Shown here in pieces: positions 9,102-15,014 of a stretch of DNA of 37,007 bases. This stretch comes from an uncultured Bacilli bacterium (GTDB lineage Bacteria; Bacillota_I; Bacilli_A; RF39; UBA660). The stretch lies in the NCBI GenBank assembly GCA_947632265.1, contig CANROP010000002.1, positions 1 to 37,007 of the forward strand, given 5' to 3'. The position numbers and the translations under genes were made by a program. Each line of letters opens with the position of its first letter. The stretch's first letter is position 1. The notes below the pieces were generated by a model, which made no database searches, had not been told where the DNA came from, and saw nothing but the letters and a program-made list of their open reading frames with translations.

Positions 9102-9893
9102 ATGGAATTTTTAATAGTAGCTGTATTACTTGTTCTTATATTTGTTGCTAATAGAATACTTGACACTAAAAGTATGTTAGGAGATATAAGACCATATGTA
9201 AGAAAATTAATGGAAAAAGATTATGAGTTTTTACTAAGAGTTAAATATAATGGTAAAGATATAGATGTAAATGCTTTATTTGAAAGAAGAATAAGAGATG
9301 GAGTATTAGTTACAATAATTGCAATCTTCTTACTTGCAGTAACTGGATATTTAAATTATATGTGGTTGTTGTTATCATTTGTATTAGGATTTTTAACTTT
9401 TAAAGGAAATTATACTACACTTAAAAAGTTTTATAGTGCTAGGTTAAAACATATGGATTCTATGTTGCCATATTACTTGAAAGGTTTGGAAATTTTAGTA
9501 CAACATTATACTGTTCCAGTCGCACTTAGTAGAAGTATAGAAACTGCCCCAGAAATATTTAGACCTGGGCTTAAAAAATTGGTTGCTCGTATAGATGCTG
9601 GTGATTCATCAATTCAACCATATATTGACTTTGCAAATGAATATCCAGTAAGAGATTCTATGAGAATGATGAGACTTTTATATAGATTAAGTTTAGGTTC
9701 AAATGAAGATAAACATGATCAAATATTGTTATTCTCAAGAACAGTATCTGCTTTACAGAATAAAGCAAGAGAAATGAAATACCAAGAAAGACTTGAATCA
9801 ATGGAAAAAAGAACCATGATAATGTTGTTTACAACTGGTGGTGGAGTCTTATTAGTATTATTCTTGTCAATGACTTTAATGATGAATATATAA
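9102..9893 (+). CDS. tadC: TadC-like pilus assembly membrane protein (T2SS-F domain)
   Basis: 263 aa. ATG abuts the previous stop (TAGATG). Same TM / helical-domain / TM layout as TadB/TadC pairs. Confidence 0.65.
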   Translation: MEFLIVAVLLVLIFVANRILDTKSMLGDIRPYVRKLMEKDYEFLLRVKYNGKDIDVNALFERRIRDGVLVTIIAIFLLAVTGYLNYMWLLLSFVLGFLTFKGNYTTLKKFYSARLKHMDSMLPYYLKGLEILVQHYTVPVALSRSIETAPEIFRPGLKKLVARIDAGDSSIQPYIDFANEYPVRDSMRMMRLLYRLSLGSNEDKHDQILLFSRTVSALQNKAREMKYQERLESMEKRTMIMLFTTGGGVLLVLFLSMTLMMNI

Positions 9894-9908
9894 TTTTAAC
9901 AAAATATA

Positions 9909-9938
9909 TTGAAAATAAAAATTAAATTATGGTATAAT
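9909..9938 (+). promoter_or_regulatory. internal promoter in front of the pilin genes
   Basis: TTGAAA at 9909-9914, 18-nt spacer, extended -10 TGgTATAAT at 9930-9938. AAGGTGA SD, then ATG 9970. Confidence 0.55.
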
Positions 9939-9969
9939 AAAAATAGTAGAGAAGGAAGGTGACGGTTGA

Positions 9970-10212
9970 ATGAAAGAAGCAGCAGGAGAAGCAAATATGA
10001 CAGTAATTACAATAGTATTAATAGCTATAGTATTAGCAGTAGGAACAATAATAGTAAATCAAATGTTAAATACAACAAATAAGAGTTCATGTTGTGAGGC
10101 TAATGGTGGTGTATGGTATGGTGGTCAATGTTTTACACCTAATGCCTGTACAGTAACTGATGGAAAGACAACTTGTACTGGATCAGGAACTGTACCAACA
10201 GATTGTAAATAA
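9970..10212 (+). CDS. Flp-sized pilin candidate with Cys-rich C-terminal knob
   Basis: 80 aa. Leader MKEAAGE, hydrophobic helix (VITIVLIAIVLAVGTIIV), then ~45 aa with 6 Cys (SSCCEANGG...QCF..ACT...TCT...DCK). Position after tadBC and its own promoter fit a major pilin. No canonical Flp G/xxxxEY motif. Confidence 0.5.
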   Translation: MKEAAGEANMTVITIVLIAIVLAVGTIIVNQMLNTTNKSSCCEANGGVWYGGQCFTPNACTVTDGKTTCTGSGTVPTDCK

Positions 10213-10231
10213 TATATGAGGAGGTAAAATT

Positions 10232-10693
10232 ATGAAGGAAAGTGTAGGATATACAGTAACATTAAATTTAATGATAGTATTTATTGCGATTATTTTTGCT
10301 TTCCTTTCTGCTACCTTAATATATTATAAGTCTAACAAATTAACAAATATAATAGTAAATTCACTAGAAAAATATGAAGGATATAATGACCTATCTAGTA
10401 AGGAAATAGATTTGAATCTTAATAGTATAGGATATCAGGCAGTACCTATAACTTGTAAATCTACAGTTAAATCTGGAAAAGCGGGTGTTGGTGTTTGTAA
10501 TTTAAATAGCACTCTTGGAGGAACTGGAGATAGAGGGTATTGTATATACGAATGTATTGAAGATAACGGAAATTATTATTACAGGATAAGAGTTAACATG
10601 TTACTTAATGTTCCTATAATAAATGATGTGTTAGATATTCCTATATATTCTAATACTAATATATTGTTTGACTTTGAGGATGTGATAAAGTGA
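10232..10693 (+). CDS. TadE-like pseudopilin candidate
   Basis: 153 aa. GAGGAGG SD. Leader MKESVG + hydrophobic helix (TLNLMIVFIAIIFAFL). 4-Cys ectodomain. Paralogous to the next ORF (EKYEGYN / EKYETYN, IGYQA / VGYRA). Confidence 0.55.
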   Translation: MKESVGYTVTLNLMIVFIAIIFAFLSATLIYYKSNKLTNIIVNSLEKYEGYNDLSSKEIDLNLNSIGYQAVPITCKSTVKSGKAGVGVCNLNSTLGGTGDRGYCIYECIEDNGNYYYRIRVNMLLNVPIINDVLDIPIYSNTNILFDFEDVIK

Positions 10694-11106
10694 GGGAAGC
10701 GATTGGTGGAAGTTTACTATTGAACCTAATAATAGTGTTTTCTGGTATAGTAATATTGTTTTTCGTAGGTATATTAGCATATTCAAAAGCATATAGAGTA
10801 AAAAATCGTATAATAGAAGTAATTGAAAAATATGAAACTTATAATACTGATGCGATTGCTGAGATAAATGCCGATTTAAAGGATGTAGGTTATAGAGCTA
10901 CTATTGGGAATAGATGTGATCTTGGCAATTTAAACACATCATCATATAGTTATTGTGTATATTTAAAAGATAATACAGAAGAAACTGGAACTTATTATTA
11001 TGAAGTTGTTACATACGTACAATTTGATTTTCCAGTAATAGGTAACAATTTAACATTTCCAGTAAAAGGAGAGACAATAATACTAGGCAAAAATTATGAT
11101 TATTAA
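10690..11106 (+). CDS. TadE-like pseudopilin candidate
   Basis: 138 aa. GTG start overlaps the previous stop (GTGA). Leader MREAIGG + hydrophobic helix (LLLNLIIVFSGIVILFF). Confidence 0.55.
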   Translation: MREAIGGSLLLNLIIVFSGIVILFFVGILAYSKAYRVKNRIIEVIEKYETYNTDAIAEINADLKDVGYRATIGNRCDLGNLNTSSYSYCVYLKDNTEETGTYYYEVVTYVQFDFPVIGNNLTFPVKGETIILGKNYDY

Positions 11107-11118
11107 AGAGGGGATAAA

Positions 11119-12102
11119 ATGAATGCAATTGTTTCAAACAAAAATCAATTAATATTAGAAAATCTAGGAATAGAAATTATAAAAGAGATGAATGGTGAGT
11201 TTGATGTAGATGAAATAATTTCTACTTTTCAGAATTTCTTTTATCAAAGAATGATACTTGATATTACTGCTATAAAAAATTATACAGATATTAGGAATTT
11301 ACAAAAATTATCTATGGCACTTGATATGGATAAAGTTATTTTATTGTTAGATGGAACAGATAAAACTCAAAATCCACTTTTTTTATCAAATTTAGTTTCA
11401 ATTGGTATATATAATTTTGCTAAAAATGTTGAAGAAGTTCAATATTTATATAATTCGCCTAATACGTATAGGGATGTTGCTCAGTATCACCAATTAAGTT
11501 CTGGCATGGTTTCCCCTAATATGTCTATTGGGCAGCCTCAATCTGTTAGGACTATAGTTGAGGTTAAAGAAGTTCCACAAGAACAAGTTAGAATAATAGG
11601 TATTCAAAATATAACTTTTCATTCAGGAGCTACTACTCTTACTTATATGATGAAAAATGAATTAGCTAAGAGTTACAATGTTCTTGCTCTTGAAGTTGAT
11701 AAAAGTGATTTTTCATACTTTAGAGATAAATCTCTTATGTCAATTAGAACTAATCAATTAGGCCAGATTATAAATCAAAATAAGAATAGAGATGTAATTT
11801 TGATTGATTTAAATAGTAATATGATGGCTGAAGGATTTTGTACTGAAATTATATATTTAATAGAACCTTCTATAATTAAACTTCAAAAAATGATGACTTT
11901 AAATTCTAATATACTTCAAACATTGAAAAACAAAAAAGTTGTATTAAATCAAAGTTTATTAGATAAAGAAGAAGTTGAAAATTTTGAATATGAATCAAGA
12001 ATTAAGGTATTCTATAATCTTCAACCATTAAATGAGCGAAGAAAAAAATTGCCTGAATTAATAGGTCTATTATCTAAGTTAGGATTTAACAAAGTTCAAT
12101 AA
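11119..12102 (+). CDS. TadZ/CpaE-like ParA/MinD-fold protein with degenerate Walker A
   Basis: 327 aa. N-terminal ~120 aa resembles a pseudo-receiver domain. C-terminal half has a ParA-like strand-loop (IIGIQNITFHSGATTLT) but lacks the GKT lysine. Position after the pseudopilins matches tadZ/cpaE. Confidence 0.45.
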   Translation: MNAIVSNKNQLILENLGIEIIKEMNGEFDVDEIISTFQNFFYQRMILDITAIKNYTDIRNLQKLSMALDMDKVILLLDGTDKTQNPLFLSNLVSIGIYNFAKNVEEVQYLYNSPNTYRDVAQYHQLSSGMVSPNMSIGQPQSVRTIVEVKEVPQEQVRIIGIQNITFHSGATTLTYMMKNELAKSYNVLALEVDKSDFSYFRDKSLMSIRTNQLGQIINQNKNRDVILIDLNSNMMAEGFCTEIIYLIEPSIIKLQKMMTLNSNILQTLKNKKVVLNQSLLDKEEVENFEYESRIKVFYNLQPLNERRKKLPELIGLLSKLGFNKVQ

Positions 12103-12107
12103 ACATA

Positions 12108-12136
12108 TTGACTTTGTTTTTGTATAAATGTATAAT
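12108..12136 (+). promoter_or_regulatory. near-consensus promoter for the first VirB2-like gene
   Basis: TTGACT at 12108-12113, 17-nt spacer, TATAAT at 12131-12136. GAGGTG SD, then GTG 12171. Confidence 0.6.
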
Positions 12137-12170
12137 TAACTTGTGATATTTAATCAAGTGAGGTGCCACG

Positions 12171-12566
12171 GTGAAGAAGAAAAATTTAGTTTTAATTTTT
12201 ATATTAGGCTTAATGTTACCAATTATAAATGTACAAGCATATACATCAACTAGTTGTGGAAATGTAACTAATATTCCTGTAAAAGTTCCACAAATTACTA
12301 GCTTAGTTGTTTCAATGGTACAAATACTTATACCAGTTATATTAATAATTGTAGGTTCTATTGATTTAATAAAAGGTGTGGTAGCTCAAAAAGAAGATGA
12401 GATAAAAAAAGGACAGCAAAAATTTATAAAAAGGCTTATTACAGCAGCTATTATATTTTTTGTAATAGTTTTGGTTAAATTAATTATAAGTTTAGCTGCT
12501 GATAGTGATGATACAAATAATATTATAGATTGTATGGATTGCTTTTTATATAATAAATGTGGGTAG
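12171..12566 (+). CDS. VirB2/TrbC-like two-TM pilin-like protein, paralog 1
   Basis: 131 aa. Signal peptide (..INVQA|YT), Cys (SCGN), TM1, charged loop KGVVAQKEDEIKKGQQKFIKRLI, TM2, C-terminal CxxC-x6-C. Confidence 0.6.
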   Translation: MKKKNLVLIFILGLMLPIINVQAYTSTSCGNVTNIPVKVPQITSLVVSMVQILIPVILIIVGSIDLIKGVVAQKEDEIKKGQQKFIKRLITAAIIFFVIVLVKLIISLAADSDDTNNIIDCMDCFLYNKCG

Positions 12567-12575
12567 GATGATAGA

Positions 12576-13280
12576 ATGAAGAAGAAAGTACTTTTAAGTG
12601 TTATTATAGTTATGATGTTACTTTATGCTCCAACTGTTTTAGCTAAACCTATAATAGGTTGTGATTCAGTTTTACCTGGAGTAATGATTGATGAGAAGAT
12701 AACTTCTGCAACTAGTACTATTATCACGATTATTAAAATTGTTGTACCAATACTTTTAGTTATATTTGGATCATTAGATTTAGTAAAAGGTGTAATTGCT
12801 TCTAAAGATGATGAAATTAAAAAAGGACAACAAATATTTATAAAAAGATTAATCGCTGGAGCTTTAGTTTTCTTTGTTATATCTATTGTTCAATTAGTAA
12901 TAAATTTTGTTGCTGGAAGTGATAATGAGAACATGTGGTCATGTGTAAATTGTTTTCTAAATGATTGTGAAACAATGCCAGATGAAGAAGATATAAAATC
13001 TTTAATATTCAAGAAAACTAAACTTTTAAGAAATAGTATAGGATATATGCCAGATATCGATAAAGATCAGGCACAGTCTTACAATACAGATATTGAATCT
13101 ATTGTTAAAAATAATAATTTAAGTTATGATGAATTAAATGAAATAGATTTAAAATATGATGAGATGATTTCATTAACTCAAAGCGAAGATGATTCAACAC
13201 CTATAGATCCAGAAAATTTTGGTAAATTTTATAATCTATTAGAGAAATTATATAATGATTTATCTAATAAATATGAGTGA
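12576..13280 (+). CDS. VirB2/TrbC-like two-TM pilin-like protein, paralog 2, with acidic C-terminal extension
   Basis: 234 aa. Signal peptide (..TVLA|KP), GCDS, TM1, loop KGVIASKDDEIKKGQQIFIKRLI, TM2, CVNCFLNDC, then ~100 extra acidic residues. Confidence 0.6.
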   Translation: MKKKVLLSVIIVMMLLYAPTVLAKPIIGCDSVLPGVMIDEKITSATSTIITIIKIVVPILLVIFGSLDLVKGVIASKDDEIKKGQQIFIKRLIAGALVFFVISIVQLVINFVAGSDNENMWSCVNCFLNDCETMPDEEDIKSLIFKKTKLLRNSIGYMPDIDKDQAQSYNTDIESIVKNNNLSYDELNEIDLKYDEMISLTQSEDDSTPIDPENFGKFYNLLEKLYNDLSNKYE

Positions 13281-13300
13281 TTAAAAATGTGGAGGGTTTT

Positions 13301-14413
13301 ATGTTAGAAACAATAAAAAAATTAGATAGAAAAACATTAGTATTACTTGGATGCATGATATTGATTCCAATATTACTAATATTATTTTTAGTAATAATAA
13401 AAGGCTGTACTGGTGGAGTAAGTTATGAAAAATATGAAAAGAATATGATAAGTGCTGCAGAAAAATATTTCAAAGATAATGATTTACTTCCAAAAGAAGA
13501 ATCACAAACTGCTACAGTAGAATTAAGTCAGTTGATTACTGATAAGTATATAAAAGATACTTCAAAAAAATTAGATGATGATACTTGTAGTGGTAAAGTA
13601 ACTGTTAGAATGAATGGATCTAGTATTGAAGAAAATAATGGTGGATATTTAAATTATACAGTGGATTTATCTTGTGATGATTATAAAACACCTACTTTAA
13701 AATCATTAATAATGAGTGATTTAGCTACAGAGGATTCTGGATTATATAAACAGGGTGATTACTACATTTTTAAAGGTGATGATGTAGATAATTATGTAGA
13801 ATTTTATGGTGTTATTTATAGAATATTAAATATGGATAAAGATGGTATAATAAAACTTGTTAAAGTTGAAAGAGAATCTACAAGTCAAACATGGGATACA
13901 AAATATAATATAGATACTAAGAGTTCAACAGGAATAAATTTATATAAAGATAGTTCAATAAGAAAGAAACTATTAAATTATTATAATACTAATAAAAAGT
14001 TAAGAGAAGCTAAAAAGAAAATAGTTTTATATGATATATGTGTTGATGCAATAAGTGAGAATGATATTTCTATTGAGCTAAAATCAACATGTGAAAATTA
14101 TTTAGAAAATCAACCTATAACACTTATAAATACAACTGATTATGCGAGTGCGAGTCTTGATAAAAATTGTACAAGTATTGTTTCAAGATCTTGTAGAAAT
14201 TATAATTATTTAAAATCGACTGGTTTATATAGTTGGACTTTTGTATCAGTAGCAGAAAATTCATATCAAGTATATTATTTAACAAACGGTATTATTAAAT
14301 CACAAGATGCTAATGAATATGGAGAATATAATATAGTAATATATATAGATGGATTAGAACTAGTAGAAAAAGGTACTGGTAAAGCAAAAAATCCATATAT
14401 AATAAAAAAATAG
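13301..14413 (+). CDS. bitopic membrane protein with pilin-head-like ectodomain, function unknown
   Basis: Start placed at ATG 13301, 4 nt after GGAGGG at 13291-13296; alternative GTG 13277 overlaps the previous stop. One TM, then a segment (AAEKYFKDNDLLP...VELSQLITDKYIKD...CSGKVTV) resembling type IV pilin head domains, then a ~230-aa beta-rich domain. Confidence 0.55.
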   Translation: MLETIKKLDRKTLVLLGCMILIPILLILFLVIIKGCTGGVSYEKYEKNMISAAEKYFKDNDLLPKEESQTATVELSQLITDKYIKDTSKKLDDDTCSGKVTVRMNGSSIEENNGGYLNYTVDLSCDDYKTPTLKSLIMSDLATEDSGLYKQGDYYIFKGDDVDNYVEFYGVIYRILNMDKDGIIKLVKVERESTSQTWDTKYNIDTKSSTGINLYKDSSIRKKLLNYYNTNKKLREAKKKIVLYDICVDAISENDISIELKSTCENYLENQPITLINTTDYASASLDKNCTSIVSRSCRNYNYLKSTGLYSWTFVSVAENSYQVYYLTNGIIKSQDANEYGEYNIVIYIDGLELVEKGTGKAKNPYIIKK

Positions 14414-14459
14414 TAAAAAAATTAACAAATTATATGATTAGAAGTATTGTTAGAAAGTG

Positions 14460-14488
14460 TTGACAAAACAAGCTAAATACTATATAAT
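14460..14488 (+). promoter_or_regulatory. perfect consensus sigma-A promoter
   Basis: TTGACA at 14460-14465, exactly 17 nt, TATAAT at 14483-14488. GGGAGGG SD at 14499-14505. Confidence 0.7.
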
Positions 14489-14511
14489 TGTTTTAGATGG
14501 GAGGGATTAGT

Positions 14512-14913
14512 ATGATGTTTTTGGAAGCTTCTAAAGTAGTAATGGATGGAACCTATAGTTGTGGTATAAATAATTTGGATATTCCTGGAGCTTTTCCATA
14601 TTTAGTTCATAATGCTATTGTCATTATTAAAATAGTTGTACCAATTTTATTAATAATATTTGGAATGTTAGATTTAGGTAAGGCTGTAATTGCTTCTAAA
14701 GAGGATGAGATAAAGAAAGGACAACAAACTTTTATTAAGAGAATTGTTGCTGCAGTAATTGTATTCTTCGTATTCCAAATTGTTCAAATTGTAATAGGAT
14801 TTGTATCAGGTAGTTCTAAGTCAACTGTTACACGTTGTATGGAGTGTTTTATTAACGGAACTGTTGATGATGAGAAAGCTTGTGCAGAAATTTCACCTGG
14901 TACTGGAGACTAG
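14512..14913 (+). CDS. VirB2/TrbC-like two-TM pilin-like protein, paralog 3 (no signal peptide)
   Basis: ATG 14512 lies 6 nt after GGGAGGG; the ORF-track ATG 14497 overlaps the SD and lies ~9 nt after the -10. Core SCG, TM1, KAVIASKEDEIKKGQQTFIKRIV, TM2, CMECF...C. Monocistronic between a consensus promoter and a strong terminator. Confidence 0.6.
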   Translation: MMFLEASKVVMDGTYSCGINNLDIPGAFPYLVHNAIVIIKIVVPILLIIFGMLDLGKAVIASKEDEIKKGQQTFIKRIVAAVIVFFVFQIVQIVIGFVSGSSKSTVTRCMECFINGTVDDEKACAEISPGTGD

Positions 14914-14921
14914 TATTTTAT

Positions 14922-14958
14922 AAACACAATTAGTTGTTGATTAATTGTGTTTTTTTTG
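14922..14958 (+). terminator. rho-independent terminator
   Basis: Stem ACACAATTA (14924-14932) / TAATTGTGT (14942-14950), followed by a T7 run at 14951-14957. Confidence 0.75.
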
Positions 14959-14965
14959 TTATAAT
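14957..14965 (+). promoter_or_regulatory. extended -10 element (TGtTATAAT) for the VirB6-like operon
   Basis: TGTTATAAT at 14957-14965, directly after the terminator T-run. AAGGAGGA at 14999-15006 and ATG 15015 lie downstream. Confidence 0.45.
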
Positions 14966-15014
14966 ATGGTATGAGTGTGGGTTTTTCTTTCATACTTCAA
15001 GGAGGATTTGTAAA

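Noticed and set aside
14934-15014. TTG-initiated N-terminal extension of the VirB6-like ORF.
   Set aside because: The extension runs through the terminator hairpin/T-run and the TGtTATAAT element. A strong AAGGAGGA SD sits 8 nt before ATG 15015.
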